Shown: piece after piece, positions 22,500 through 36,800 of the stretch
How the letters are laid out: each line of letters starts with the position of its first letter
How positions within the stretch are numbered: position 1 is the first letter of the stretch
Assembly: GCA_043228905.1 (NCBI GenBank)
Contig: JBHGNT010000004.1
Coordinates: forward strand, 22,010,001 to 22,074,000
Origin: Azolla caroliniana
Taxonomy: Eukaryota > Plantae > Polypodiophyta
Reading direction: 5' to 3'
DNA: 64,000 bases
Notes under the pieces: generated by a model
Database searches by the model: none
What the model saw: the letters and a program-made list of their open reading frames with translations, nothing else
What the model was told of the DNA's origin: nothing
Translations under genes and position numbers: made by a program

Positions 22500-25100
22500 A
22501 TATTGCTCTTTTGTACAAGATGGCGGGGTCAATTGATTCAAACAAATATGACAACCTTATTTTTTCCTCCACATAAATGAACGAGTCTTGTAAGTGTGAG
22601 GCGTGATCAAGCCATGCTTTCTGGTGAGAAGTCTAACCAAATCCAATAAGTAATTATATAGCATTACAAATGGGATTTAATAGGAGAAAAATTGTCAACG
22701 TATTGGCTCACATGAGAGAAGAACATGTCCTAGCCAATTAACCCATTTGTTCCCCCTACCCTTCCTCAACTTATTCCATGTCAACTTCAATATTGATCGT
22801 TGAACGATAATTAAAAGAAATGCATTGTGGATTTGAGACTTGTTGGTGAGGCCAAGAACTTTGGTGTCCTTTTTGACCTATTGTGCATCCGTATGCTTGG
22901 CTAACATGTCTGCACATATCTATCGTGTTATTGTTATAATATATGCCATATACTTTACTACAACATTCTCGAGTCACAAAATGATTGATGGACGATATGT
23001 TGTGTGCCAAGATATGATTGAAATTTCATTTTGTGGTGAAATGACTTGGAGTTTTGTAGTAATGCAACATGCCCAAAGATGTCTGATCATGTCCACTTTA
23101 TATGCCATATACTTTACTACAACATTCTCAAGTCACAAAATGATTGATAGATGATATGTTGTGTGCCAAGATATGATTGAAATTTCATTTTGTGGTGAAA
23201 TGGCTTGGAGTTTTGTAGTAATGCAACATGCCCAAAGATGTCTGATCATGTCCACTTTATAAACCCTAAATGCTTACAATTGTTGTACTTACATACACAA
23301 ATTATTCATGGAATCCAATGTGTGTTGCTCACATATATTAGCATCATATATTTTGGGCATTTGCTATGCACACCCGATCTCTTTGTCGTTGCCATTCGAA
23401 TCATTTTCTTTCCTCTTTATGTCATCACAATTATTAATTTATTGCCTCGATTAAATAACTGATTTCATGTCCCCAATCATTTCCTTGTACACAGTACATC
23501 TATGAGACGTGATTTAATGTTCACAGTGAGGATAGTTGTTGTGGCCCATGACCACTTTGCAAATAATTGACACGCTCCTCTATTGTTGAACCTAATACTA
23601 TGATCCTATAATATGACCATAGAAAAGAAAGATAGTCAATGGCAATATCATGATTGTCAAAGAAAGAGATAAATGACAAAAAGTCAATCCAAATGTTGGG
23701 TATCATAGCTTCATAATTAACAAACAGATACAACCCACAATATGGTCTACAATTTATCCATCACAAGCAACAAGTATTCTTGCCAAGACATGGGCAATAG
23801 ATACAACTTTGACTTGTGCCCCTTGAAACTACAAGATTCCACTTCATAATATTGAACATTTCTTCATCGAATACCACTTGATATTTGATCTCATGCTATC
23901 AACCGATCATGCTCATTCTTAGGAATCTCAACCAATCAATGCTCATTCTTAGGAATCTTCCAATCAAACAATTTTGAGTGAACGAGCCCCATAAGTAGCT
24001 AACTGCCTTTGTGTTGTCATGTGAAATGGCATACCCAAGTCCAACAACCATGTGTGCAATACCTCATCTATTAGGAGATTATCTCTTGTCATCATACAAA
24101 GAAATATGATTCGTCTATTGTGTTGTCATTCCCATTTCGCCAAAGCCTTGACTTCCTCGAGGATGAGGCCAACAACTATCTTACCAAGCACACTACCTCT
24201 ACTCTTGGGTAGGAGCACAATACTACCTCAATGTGACCTCCATGGTCACAAATATAGCACCCCATCTCCTTCATTTGGGATTTTCTTGTGCCTCTTTCGC
24301 CAATTCCTTTATCAATACATCCCTTGGGTATCCTTCACATCGTACACTTTACCGCCTTACACCCCCCTCCATAGACTTTTGATTGATATCCTCATAAAGA
24401 CATCGAACTATTCAAAAGGTGTCCCATGAACTAGCCAATGAGCATGAGCATCTTGAGTTGCATCTCCACATCTATACTTATATTCAAGCTCCTTCAAAAT
24501 TCTGCATGATAACATCAAAATCTTGAAGTGTCTACTGACCAAAGATTTAGATTCCTTCATCCAAATCTCAAATTGTTGCCTCATCAAGAAGACTTTGTTC
24601 AACGCAGTGTTCTTATCATGTGTTGTTGAAACTCTCCCCCAACTACCTCAACTCTGTCGAAGACTTTGTTGAAGGAGGATTGTTGGGATTATTAGTTGGT
24701 TTACAACCATTGTCTTCCATGTTGGGAGGTCTTTCTCATCAATGGTTTCCATAGCTACTTTTGAGTCAAAACATCTCCTCACTAAGTCATATGGAAGCAA
24801 TGTTGAGGATGGCAAAAATTGATGAGTCGAGCATGTATCCATAGGTTGCATGTTAGGTGCCGATGTAGCCTCTTGGGAAACACACTTGAATGAAATCAAC
24901 ACAGGTGATTCACATGTATCAGAGCTGCTGCTTATGTTGTTCCAAGATTTGTTGAATCGTCAACCAGTAGTTGAAACATCATAGCTTTGGCATGGGTGAA
25001 TGTTGGCATCTCAATCTCTTTCTTCTCTTGGTTTTCAAAATTATCTAAATATGAACATGGTGGTCAATCTTTTGTCATGAATGCTCTCCTCACCTTTTGT
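22500..25100 (-). mobile_element. Highly decayed retroelement pol remnant (probably Ty3/Gypsy RT-RH)
   Basis: The minus strand near 23250-23210 resembles FLGHVGYYR. Boundaries are uncertain. Confidence 0.35.
22940..23259. repeat. Tandem duplication, ~159 bp x2
   Basis: TATATGCCATATACTTTACTAC...CATGTCCACTTTA occurs twice head-to-tail with few mismatches. Confidence 0.9.
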
Positions 25101-25325
25101 CCATGTCATTCTAGATGAAAATTCTTAGTCTTGTCCAATGTGGATGTCATATGATTGTTTTGCCCTATATAGAGTGACACTACTTGAACATGATGTGTGA
25201 TGTTGGGGAAATCAATGGTTGTCCACGATTCATGAGTGCGAGTCAAATAGTGTATCAACATGAAGAGAGGTGAAGGAGCATAGAGGATCATGTTCCTTCA
25301 CCACTACATGACAAGTAGCTAGTAG

Positions 25326-25679
25326 TAGCAATTGGCAACGATTTGGTTTGAACCAAACCAAATCGCGAAACTATGCTTAATTGCTTAACGGTTTAAATAA
25401 TTCGGTTCGGTTCGGTTCGAGCCTGTATTGACTTAACCACGGTTTGAATGGTTTAAATAGTTTAATTTTTAAATTAAAATATGAAAATTTGAATTTTGAC
25501 TTAACTTGAAAACCAAAACCAAACTGTGAAACCATGGTTTAACAGTTTAAAGGTTTGAAAGTCTTTAAAACCATTTGGTTTGAGCTTGATTTTTTGTAAA
25601 AGTTTGGTTTAAGTTTCAATTTTTGTAAACAGTTTGCGTTTGACACTCTCGAACCGAACCTAACCATTGCCGATTGTTA
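25326..25679. mobile_element. Non-autonomous hAT MITE
   Basis: TIR TAGCAATTGGCAA/TTGCCGATTGTTA, an 8-bp TSD GCTAGTAG (25318-25325 and 25680-25687) and AACC/GGTT subterminal repeats. Confidence 0.88.
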
Positions 25680-25840
25680 GCTAGTAGTAAAGGCAGTCAT
25701 GTTATGTAATATATGTAGTGCATCACAACCCGAATGAAGATGTATTGCATATGCATAAGTATGTCCACTTCCCACTTGTAGTTGTGATCGATCCATGAGG
25801 GCTCGAGTTATCACTAGATATACTTAAGAGGGTGGAATTA

Positions 25841-25855
25841 ACACACACTCACTCA

Positions 25856-25940
<85 letters not shown>
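25841..25940. repeat. (AC)n(TC)n compound microsatellite
   Basis: Read directly from the sequence. Confidence 0.95.
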
Positions 25941-25944
<4 letters not shown>

Positions 25945-26534
25945 TGGTTAACGAAGTTTTTCAAATTAACCAATAGGTGATGATATTTGTCACCACCACC
26001 AAACCATGCAATTAGTATTAGTGTATTAGTATTAAAACAACATGACAATACAAGCAAAAAAGTCATTGTTGTCTCAACTACACTAATGAGGATCTTATGC
26101 TAATGTGAGTTGTGTAAGGTGTTGTAAGACTACGTGACATAACGTCAAACTCTTGGAAGTACAAGTCCCCCCATATAGCTTAGTTGCGAAATCGTATTGA
26201 TCAACTCTCCATGAAGCCTACACGTTTAATGTGGTAGTCTACGGAGATAATCAAACAAGAACCCATTTCTCATACTCTGGTTGTACCATGAACCCTAAGA
26301 CCAACCAAACACATTTTTAAACACGACCTGACGCGACGGGGAGGGTAAAAAAGTTTAGGCTCCCATTGGGAAGGGGGGGGGGAAGACCCAACGGGAGGAG
26401 GAGTGAATGGATTTAGCAAATGGACGGGTAAATGAGTCTGTGATTGGGAGGCGTTGGGAGGCATCCCAGCTGCTGCTGAAGCATGCCTGACAAAAGACGG
26501 CAAATGTGGTCAGTAGTTATAAAACCCCAATATC

Positions 26535-26820
26535 TATCTAATCGAATCGAATCTAATCCACTTAGTATCTATGTAATCTAATCTAATCAATCCACTTAAT
26601 CTAATCTAATATAATCGATCTAATCTAATCTAATCAATCTACTTAATCTAATCTAATGTAACCGATCTACTTAATGTAATCATATATAATTGATATGATC
26701 TAATATAATCGATTCACTTAATCTAATCTAATCTAATTGGTCTACTTAATCTAATCTAATCTAATTGGTCTACTTAATCTAATCTAATATAATGGATCTA
26801 ATCTAATCTAATCTAATCCA
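26535..26820. repeat. (AATCT)n pentamer array upstream of the MYC gene
   Basis: Dozens of CTAAT/AATCT units with a higher-order CTACTTAATCTAATCTAAT repeat. Confidence 0.9.
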
Positions 26821-27183
26821 TGTAGTATCTATCAATCTTTGTTTTCTCCTTCTCCTCCTTCTCCTCCTTCTCCTCCTCCTCCTCTTTCTTCTTCTCTCTG
26901 TTTTTTGGCTGCTGCTGAATCAAACAAAACCCACCCACCCACCCCCAATCTTTCTATTCCCTTCGCCTTCTGCTTCTGCTTCTGCTTCTGCTGCTTCCAT
27001 GGCAATAGGGAAAACTCAGGAAAATGGTCAGTGATTCTTAGCGATGAAGAAGAAAGAAAGCAAGAAAGAGAGAAACAGAGGAACAAGGGAGGCCGTATAG
27101 CCTGCCTGCCATCATCTCTCTCTGGGCTTTAACCTTATTTTCCTTCTTTCTTCGACGAAATCTTCACTAACACAGACGCACAG

Positions 27184-28489
27184 GTACCCACACCGATTAC
27201 CTTCTTCTTCCTCTGCTTTTTAATCTCTGTTTCCTGTTCCTGTTTCTTTTGTTTAGAGTTTTCCTGTTTGTTTTTTTTTTTTTGGGGGGGGGGGGGGGTG
27301 CGGTTGTGGGGTTCTCTTCACCTGTGTGAAAGAAAAGTAGTCGTGGAACCTCTGTGTGTGATATGTATTACCCTTGTGGGGGAGGGAAGGAAGGCTTCAT
27401 GGAAATTTGTGTGGGAACTGAAAGCCTTCACGCTTCTTGCTCTCGTATTATGCCTCTGTGGAGAAAGATTAAAAGAATTGAATGGAAACCGTGTAAATCT
27501 TTGTGGCCTAAAGCCTGCTGAAATGGAACTTTCTCTGTGTGTAGATATGGAAAGCATCATGGATCTGCGGAGATGAGCAACCGTTCGTAGAACTTCAAAT
27601 ACTGAAAGGAAAACGAAAGATATTGATATCGTTATCAGATATTCCTCCCTTTCGGCAGGAAACAAACACGTTTTGCTCGTACAGTTGTGTTAAGGATCCA
27701 TAGAATCTCTGTAAACTTCTCTAATCGAGCAGTCAATGACACAAGATATGGAGAATAGCGTGGATCTGTTGCTATGATCTCATAAGGAGAACGAACAAGA
27801 GCAAGAACTGACTTTGTTTTTGTTTTTGTTTAGAGCTGAATTTGATCAAGGACGAAAAGTACGTTTGGTATTTAAAGTTTGAACAGATTTCCTTCTTGCT
27901 AGAACCCATGGTAACTGCGTGGCCACTCTGGGTAATGTGAATCGTTCTGCAATGAAACATATGATTGCAATGGATATGGAAATAGACATGGATCTGTGCC
28001 TGAGAAAGGGTTAAAGGAAAGGAAAAGGAAAAGGTTTTGTTTAACAATGCACTTCAGCAGGAAAGCCGTATCATTAGAGCTTAAACCTATGTGCGTATCA
28101 ATGATCCATGCAATGCCATAGCTACAGAAATCATCATGTATTTGTGGCTATGATCGTATAGTGTGCAGCATATCTTGCTTTCATTTGTTGATTCAGAGCT
28201 ATTGAACACTAAATTCCTACCATAGCTGTGGAAATCATCAGGGATCTGTGCCTTTGATCCCATAGTGTGCAACATTTCTTGCTTTCTCTCGTTGATTCGG
28301 GTTTATTGAACACCATTTCACTATCATAGGTGTGGACAGCTCAATGTACATTTGGCTATGATTGGCATCATTTCTTGCTTTCGCTTGTTGGGTTGGAGAG
28401 AGATTGAAATTGGTCACTATTGTATGCATGGGAAGTACCAAGGATCCGTGACATAAATATTTCTTGATTTCTCTCTCGTGTTGATTCAG
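27184..28489 (+). other. Predicted 5'-UTR intron of the MYC gene
   Basis: CAG|GTACCC donor after a pyrimidine-rich leader. TTGATTCAG| acceptor 4 nt before the ATG at 28494. Confidence 0.55.
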
Positions 28490-28493
28490 AGCT

Positions 28494-30320
28494 ATGAATT
28501 CTCACGAGCCTTCCAATGGCGAGATCACAGAATGGGATCCACAGGATGTGTCCGTGATCAAACAACTGTTAGGACCCTCGGCTATCTCCCATCTCTCGTG
28601 GAATTTGCAAGATCTCATTCCCAAAGGGGGTCAGAGACTAAATGAAGCTGCTCTTCAGCAGAGATTGCAAAGCCTTGTGGAAGGTTCTTCAGTAAACTGG
28701 ACTTACGGTATATTCTGGCAGCTGTCTTGCACCGCCGGTGGTGAAGAAGAAGTATTGGGATGGGGAGATGGTTACTTCAAAGGCCCTCCCGAAAACATTA
28801 TAGAACCTTCTTCCCTAGCAGTGGACAAGGAAGATGATGCTCATCAACAGCTCAAGCGAAGAGTTCTAAGGATATTGCAAGATCAGTTCTGTGCCAAAGG
28901 TGATGAACTCATAGATCCATCCAATGAAGAGTTTGTTTCCGACACTGAATTATTCTATCTCATCTCCATGTTCTATTCCTTCCAACGAGGAGTAGGTATC
29001 CCGGGGACAGCATTCGAAAGGCAAAGCCATCTGTGGGTCACGGGAACTAATAGAGAGAATTCTTGCCCAAGGGGGAGATTAGCGAGAATGGCTGATATTC
29101 AAACTATAGTCTGTGTGCCAGTGCTTCATGGTGTTGCAGAGCTTGGATCAACAGAACTCATTCATGAGAATAGAAAGCTTATCCATGAGATCAAAGTCTC
29201 CTTTACAAGTGATGTGCGGGAGCAAGAAAACACAAATCATTCTTCACCTTTTGGTCGGAGTCTTCCTCCGAAATCTACCCATATTTCTAGTAGTGAAATG
29301 CCATCACCGGTGATGAATGTGTTGAATAGTAGAGGTCAAGAGGCAAATTTGCTAAGAGGGGCAGAGACTATGCATGCTAGTTCACCTCAAGATTTCCACA
29401 ATCAACGATTACTATCCTCAGGGTTCATTCCTGGGCCTCATTCATTGCTTTCATCACCCCCTTTCCAACTCAATCCTTTCATTGCACAAGGAGCATCATC
29501 TGCAATGAAACTTCCTCAGCCTCACAACACACAACCCTGCAAGGATAGTATGGAGACCTCAAAGAGCCTGAATATTGGAATTCAAGAGACAACACGTCAT
29601 AGAAAGCCAAACATAAAAGGATCTAGTCTCAATGTCTCAATTGGTGCCCAAACTCCAAATCTTTTTGTAGGGGATGGGAAGTTGAAGCAAACCACTGTTG
29701 GCCATTCTTTCACTGCGATGATGCAATCATGTGTGGAATCAGAGCAATCAGATGTGGAAGCATCTTGCAAGGAAATAGAATTGAAGCCTGCATTCGAAGA
29801 GAGAAAGCCGAGGAAGAGAGGTAGGAAGCCAGCTAATGGGAGGGAAGAGCCTCTAAATCATGTTGAAGCGGAGAGACAACGTCGAGAGAAACTGAATCAA
29901 CGGTTCTATGCATTACGCTCTCTGGTTCCACAAATTTCCAAGATGGACAAAGCATCGTTACTGGCCGATGCGATAACTTACATCCAAGAGCTGCAACAAA
30001 AGCTTAAAGAGTTGCAAGACGAAAAGGATGGACTATTGGCAGGAAATGGTGTGGTGGATGGGATCCATTCAGCATCAGTCATGAAGGATATAGAGTTACA
30101 AATGCTCAATGGGGAAGCTATAGTGAAGATGACCTCTCATAAAGATGAGTACCCACTAACAAAAGTCATGGAAGCACTGAGAGAATTGAAGCTTGAAACC
30201 CCTTCAGCAACTGTTACTTTACATGGTGAATCTATAGTTCATACCATCAGACTGGATCTAAGAGGCTCTGAGATGCTCACTGAAGATGAATTACATGCAG
30301 CGATTACTAAATTGTCCTGA
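28494..30320 (+). CDS. MYC2-like bHLH transcription factor (subgroup IIId/e), intronless CDS, 608 aa
   Basis: N-terminal JAZ-interaction region ([29 protein letters not shown]), b[50 protein letters not shown], and a C-terminal ACT-like domain. Confidence 0.95.
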   Translation: MNSHEPSNGEITEWDPQDVSVIKQLLGPSAISHLSWNLQDLIPKGGQRLNEAALQQRLQSLVEGSSVNWTYGIFWQLSCTAGGEEEVLGWGDGYFKGPPENIIEPSSLAVDKEDDAHQQLKRRVLRILQDQFCAKGDELIDPSNEEFVSDTELFYLISMFYSFQRGVGIPGTAFERQSHLWVTGTNRENSCPRGRLARMADIQTIVCVPVLHGVAELGSTELIHENRKLIHEIKVSFTSDVREQENTNHSSPFGRSLPPKSTHISSSEMPSPVMNVLNSRGQEANLLRGAETMHASSPQDFHNQRLLSSGFIPGPHSLLSSPPFQLNPFIAQGASSAMKLPQPHNTQPCKDSMETSKSLNIGIQETTRHRKPNIKGSSLNVSIGAQTPNLFVGDGKLKQTTVGHSFTAMMQSCVESEQSDVEASCKEIELKPAFEERKPRKRGRKPANGREEPLNHVEAERQRREKLNQRFYALRSLVPQISKMDKASLLADAITYIQELQQKLKELQDEKDGLLAGNGVVDGIHSASVMKDIELQMLNGEAIVKMTSHKDEYPLTKVMEALRELKLETPSATVTLHGESIVHTIRLDLRGSEMLTEDELHAAITKLS

Positions 30321-31306
30321 TATATTTCCTCTTTCTTTTTGGGTTACTTTATTAGAGAAAAATATTTCAGTGATAGATTTGCCTTGTAAACCTACCTATC
30401 AATACAGATTGTGGAATCTGGAAAGGAATGGATCATTTTCCCCATTTGTATTGGAAGAAATGCTAAGCAATGTATTATAATTTGGTGAGTCATTTTTCTG
30501 GTGTTGTCAGCAGCCTAATTCTTTTGTTGATTCAATCTTTGAAAGACTAATTTAAGACTGAATTAAATCCAGGCTATATGTAGATAGATGGATAGATGAT
30601 AGAACATTAACCCTGCGTTATAGAGCGTCTTAACTGAGATTAGAGTAACGATACAACTATATATATATATATATATATTATCAGAAATCGCTCATTTATT
30701 AATCTTGCAGGGGAAAGGATATTTACTCATGTTATTGTTTTACTTTTTCACGCTCTCAATTCTTTTAGACAAGGAGATTTTATCATTGGTTGGCAAGATG
30801 GTTAGCTGACAGACAGTGCTCTTAGTTACCAATGCTTCTATCATAACCATATCATGCCCCATTTCCAATGTAAGATGGGGATGGAATTGCTGAACTGGGT
30901 TTATGGGCAAAAAAATCTGGTGATCTTGTCTCATTTGCATGTATTGCTGAAGCATTACAACAAATACTCAAAACCCCGGATTGATCTTTAGATTCATTGC
31001 CAATTGTAAAGTCACACCGCTTGCATTAAGATTGTTATCATGGATCCTTGGAAACTTAGTGGTTTTATATTTTCAAGATCCTGAAGCTACCTATATTGGT
31101 AATCATCATTTGTCTAACAGGCAGATTTCGGCTTCTAATAGACATTAATCCATATTTCTTTCTTTCATTCTTTGTTTTCATTCTACTTCCATTCATCATC
31201 CAAGTGTGATTCTTGCGTGATCGCATCTAGGAATGAGTATTTTAACTGAGATTAGAGCATTCAAATTAGAGCTAACAAGAGGCTTGTAAGGGCCAAAGTT
31301 CCTTCC

Positions 31307-31595
31307 CAGGAGTCAGCAAACAGCTTGGCTCAAGCCTGAAATGAGCCGCTAAACCGTTTTAAATGATTTGGCAGGTTGGAGGTTTGGTTTGGTTTGGTTC
31401 AGGCCGGAGCTTCCTTAACCGGTTTGAGCTCAGTTTGAGATGGCTCAAGTCAAACTGAACCATTCAGGGCTAAACCGGTTTAGGAGCTAGTTGAATTATA
31501 AGTTTGAAAATTTCCCAAACTAGTTAAGGCTTAAGTTGTTTGGTTTGGACAATGCGAAACCAGTTAAGCCAAAACTGAACCGTTGTCAATTCCTA
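31307..31595. mobile_element. Degenerate hAT-like MITE related to 25326-25679
   Basis: Termini CAGGAGTCAGCAAAC/GTTGTCAATTCCTA with AACCG/GGTTT arrays. No matching TSD. Confidence 0.5.
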
Positions 31596-33091
31596 TGCAA
31601 AAGGACAAAAGCTTGAGTATGGGGCTATTCCTTCATCACATTATCAGCATTGTAGCTTGCCATAGTCTCCAATGGTCATAAGAAAAATAGGTTAGGTCAC
31701 AAACCATAACCCAGTGGCCATATCTGGGAAGCTCCTGGCTCTCAATATTTCCAATCAAGCAAAGCATGAAGGAGGCAAAGGAAAAAGAAACATACATAAG
31801 TAGAAACTCACTTAATCCACTTAATGTTCGGAGATGAAAAGTGTGAAGTTTCGCTTTTTTAGACATGACACCTTGCCTTAAATGTGGAAAAGGAAGCTAA
31901 TAAGGATCTCTTTCTCACAAAAAAATCCGAACCGAAAGAGAGGGAGAGAGAGGGACAAGATTTAAAAGGAACATGTGTATTGGACCTTTCATTGGGGTCC
32001 AAATATCAGCGACACAACACAGTCTTGGCCCACTGGGGGGGGGGGGGGGGGGGGGGGGGGGGTTTGCACTTTTGTGGTTAAATATATGTAGGCTTAGTGA
32101 TATGGCAATCTTGGAACCAATATGTACCGTTCATTTCCTAATCTAATCTTCTTGCTCATGTTCAAATAATTAAAAAGGAAAACATATCGCACATTAAAAA
32201 GACGGAGACAAAAAATATTTACGAAAATGATGGGATGAACGCAATAATGGCAACGTTGGGAAATTCCTACCACCAAATCATACGCAAGCTTTTGTTGATA
32301 GGAAAAATCCACGTTTCACACCAACGTGAGAACACTTGAAACTCAACAATGCAAAACATGAAATCACATTGTACTACACTCATTAAGCATTGAGACAAAG
32401 GGGTTGTAACTTGTAACGAGCTTTAATATTCTCTTTTCAATTTGATTTGTTGATATCATCAATTCATCATTTGCACATGAATTGAGCAAGTGCAAGTCCT
32501 AGAAGTGATATATGTCATATGATCGATTGATTCCTCTCAGTATTCTAACTATTTAAATCCATGCTTAAACCCATTTTAACTCTAACTTTATAATATAAAT
32601 AAATGAAAATAAAAAACATCTTTGTTTCTTTAGTCACCCAAATATCCCAAACTTTTAGATATTTCCCAAATAGTCTAAAGTCAACTCTTAGAAGTGCAAT
32701 TTTGTTGTTTAATAAAATATTTACTTAACTCCCAAAAGAGCAATCATCATATGTTATTTGAAGAATGATTAGGTCAACTCTCTCTCTTTTTTTTATTCAC
32801 TATGCTATTTGAGCAATTCTATGGTCACCTAATTCTACTGTCTAGATTGTGAACGAAAACTTACGAGCATTTGACAAAGCAATGTAAACCTTAAGGGTCT
32901 TTCTAAGTATGGAAGACTTGAGGGCCTTTCCAAGGTTTTCTCTACCTTAAATCAAGGGCTAAGTCAGTTTGGGACTCAAATTGTACCTCTTGCCAAATCA
33001 ATCCGCAGCTTGCCATGATATATGTTTGATCAATTACGCTCAAGAAAAGATTGGCACCATAAACAAAGAAATGAACCTAAATTCCAAGAAT

Positions 33092-33270
33092 GGAAACACC
33101 AAAATATTATCCCTGACCTTTGGAACATTCACTAGAATACCCCCAAACTTTTCAGATTTTATGTGAATAGCCCTCAATAATAGTCAAGTTTTGGAAATGT
33201 TTGACAGCTTAGGGGCATCCTAACAAAACTCCGAACAAGTTAGGGGGCATCTTTTGTGGTTTTTTTTTCC
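33092..33270. mobile_element. Foldback (Mutator-like) MITE
   Basis: AGAATACCCC/GGGGCAT inverted subrepeats, as in 34203-34356. Confidence 0.5.
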
Positions 33271-33865
33271 TTTCCCACTTAGATAATGATGATTGAACTT
33301 TAGAAAAGCTAAAAGTTTTAGTTTTATTTTAGTATGGATACTCGAATTCGACCATATTTGTAAGCATGATTCACCACATAGGGCCAATTTTGGCCTCTTA
33401 ATAGACATTGACACATTGTTCTTTAGTTGGTTCTTTTTCACATTCAAAAGAAGAGAGACAAGTCAATTGTATGAAGAATAGACCCTGCATAAATCATATT
33501 GGACCACTGTATTTTTATTCTAATCAATTCCTCATAAAGGTCTATATAAAATGAAACATTGAAATCAAGTGTAAAAACAGCATATTAGGAAGAAAAAAAA
33601 AGGGTCAAATTAAAAAGAGCAGAAGTATCAATAAAGAATCTTTAAAATTGTTGGATGGATCAGTAAAGAATCTTTCAACATGTTGCAGGGATTTTCTTTT
33701 TGTACATTTACATGGTAGTGCCTCAACCTCAGCACCATGGCTGATATCATAAATAAAGAATGAAGTAACTCAAGTCTACAATTGGAAAGAGAATTGATAC
33801 TTATCTCTCTGAGGTAATAGTAAAGGTGTTAATTTGATTTATGCTTCTTTTCGTGATCAAGCAAA

Positions 33866-36800
33866 CTATAGACCTAATGGCTTGGCTTTCCTTACATGGC
33901 CAAGACTATTTACAAGGGCTTTCCGAGTACATACAGGAAACATGTGTATATGAAGCAAACCCAATCGCCTCAGCACATAGGGAAAACTCAATTGATCTCT
34001 TGCAGTGAACCTGGTGACTTCATTAAACCATAGACACATAAACAGATTGGTGAGAGGTGTATGCTCTCTGATGATGATAGACGCCTCTGCCAGAGCTGCG
34101 AAAAACATTAACAAATAAACATGCATATAAATGGACCCCAAACTGTATATCAACGATGACTCCATATGCAATGTTTGTTTATTTCACAACATTATAATAC
34201 ACCAAAAACACATCAGAATCCCCTAAGTTTCCGAAGTTTACCAGAATACCCATCTGTAATTCAAATTTTGATTCCCCACACGAATATTATGATCATTTAC
34301 GAAAGCTTCAGGGTGTCTGTAAATGTCCAAAACTTTAGGGGTATTCTGGTGTTTTGCTCCACAATATACCCCTTTCTTCAGCAAAGCTGAACTACATGAG
34401 AGGAGAATTCTCGTAATCTTTTAAAACTTTATGTAGATTGGCAAATATGCAAAAATATTTGGTGTATTGTTTTCCTTTATAATGCACACTCCTGTAAGCA
34501 AGATAAATACTGAAGCATCATATAAGCTGTTCATTTTACCTTTGTGACCATCAATCCTGGCTTTCTCAGGGAATCCTTCGTCACGATATTGCTCTACTTG
34601 CACAGCAACTTCCTCAGGTGAAGCTTTATGCTTCCTCACAATAGCGTCACCTTCTTTGTAAAGACAGTCTCGAGCTCCATGTTCAGAAATAGCGAAGGTT
34701 GAGTTATATCGCCACAGAAGAGATTCCAAAACACCAATTGGATCTCTCCTGAATTGAGATTTTGAATCCACCCAAATGGAGTATCTTGCATTTACCAAGA
34801 GCCTATGACCTAACATCTAGTTTCCACAATTAGCAAATCAGGATTATCCACATCAGAACACTTCAAATCAAAGCTATCTAAGTTGCATGATTTCATTGAT
34901 GTGCATTCCGTAACTGTGGTAGCATACATATTACATGTAATGGACGACCTCTCCAGTGCTCATGATGTTTTGTGTTGCTTATCTTTTTACTAGGAAAAAA
35001 CCCAGGCACTAAAGGAGAATCGAGGTATTTCAGCCTCTCAAATTGAAGTCTATACTAATGTGCACTTCTTCAGTATCATATCTCTACTTTCATAATAGCA
35101 TCCCGCCCAGTTTACCCTGTTCAATTTTGCATTTCACCCGAGAACACTCTAACAGAAAGAGAATCAAACTGTTTTAGACTTCTTAAGTTTTATCTGTTTT
35201 GCCTGGATTTTACTCTTTCAAAATGTTCATTTAAGTTCAGAATTTGCTTTCTTTCATTTTCTTTTCTGATGATATAATATTTTGACGTTCTGCATTACCT
35301 TCGGTATTTTCCCGTTCAAACGTTGATCAGTGAAAGGTAGATTTCCAACAACCACAATGCGCCAATGCCCGATCTTCTTGTCCCAACCTATTTGCCTCCC
35401 TTGATCAGCTTGTGCTTCCAGAGTAATTCTATCCCAAAATGCTACATAACAAACCTGAATAGCCAAGCCAGTATAGAGATATTTAAAAAGGAAAACATTA
35501 TAATCACAGAGGAACAACAGAAAATGTGCTATAAAATATGATGCACCTTAGACAGTGACAAGTGAGTCATATTAATAGGTTGATAAATATCATCACCACC
35601 ACCAAAATTACACGTTAGGACAGCTATTTCACAACTTTGAAGAAAAAGCTTGTCCTCCTCGTCCATATTAAAGATGTCGCCATCACTACAGAAACCACAA
35701 TGTACGTCCATAATGTCACTCACCTGCATGGCATGGGATTATAGCTTCTATATCAAGTCTGACAAGGGGGGCATTCATTTCATTCACAAGGACTTGAATA
35801 AAAAGAAAATCTTTACTCAAAAAGAAAGATTTATACTGCATACCACTGCTAAGAAATGTTCCTACAGCATATACTCTACATACCTTATAGCTCTCCTCTC
35901 TCTCCTCCATTGTCTGGTTTCCAGTGAACAACTCATGTCTAGACATTGAAGCACGCAAATTGCCAATGCCTAGGTTAAGCTTCTTGTAATAGAGTAATCT
36001 TATAGGGCTGTTGCTTGGAGGAGGAAATTTCAGGTTCACAATCTGTTCTGCAGGGAGAATCTTCAGACATGCTGACATTGACATGACGGATTAATGTACA
36101 CATGCCAAAGCAAATAAAAACAAATGATCAGTTGATTTTTTATGGCATATTAACATCAGCAAACATTTCTAACTCTAATAATAATAATAATAACTTTTTT
36201 TAACCAACAAATAGAAGAAACTGAAAGGCTGCTTACGTTCTCGCATTCCACCAATCATCCTCATAGGCATATCTAAGTTATCAAGGTTGCTTTCCTTCTT
36301 AACATTCTGATCTCCAACAGATGGGAATGCTCCAATCTTTCCTGTTCCATGGTTGAGCAAAAACTAATGGTAAAGACCAAAAGCATCTAAACAGTCAATT
36401 AGACACAATTGAAGAGTCAATGAGATACAAATGCATAGAATGTCAGGGATTAGATTCTCTCCCACAAAACCCAAGAACAACATATTTATACTCCTTTTAA
36501 TTTGTGTCAATATCGATCTATATGTATGTTTTTCTATATATACACATATTAACCCTAGGTGTATGTTCTGATGATAGCTATAAGCAACCACAACAGGGAT
36601 GCATCCATAGCAAAAACCAGAAACACATCGAAATGTAGGACTAGAGTTTTAACAGCATATATTCAAGAAGAAACAAAACAAGATCTACACAATCAAGAAA
36701 CGAAAAAAGCATAAACTTGTTTTCGGCAAATTAATCAAAGCATATAAAGACATGATAATGTTGCATGAAATTGAAGCATAGAAACACAAAATCCTGATCT

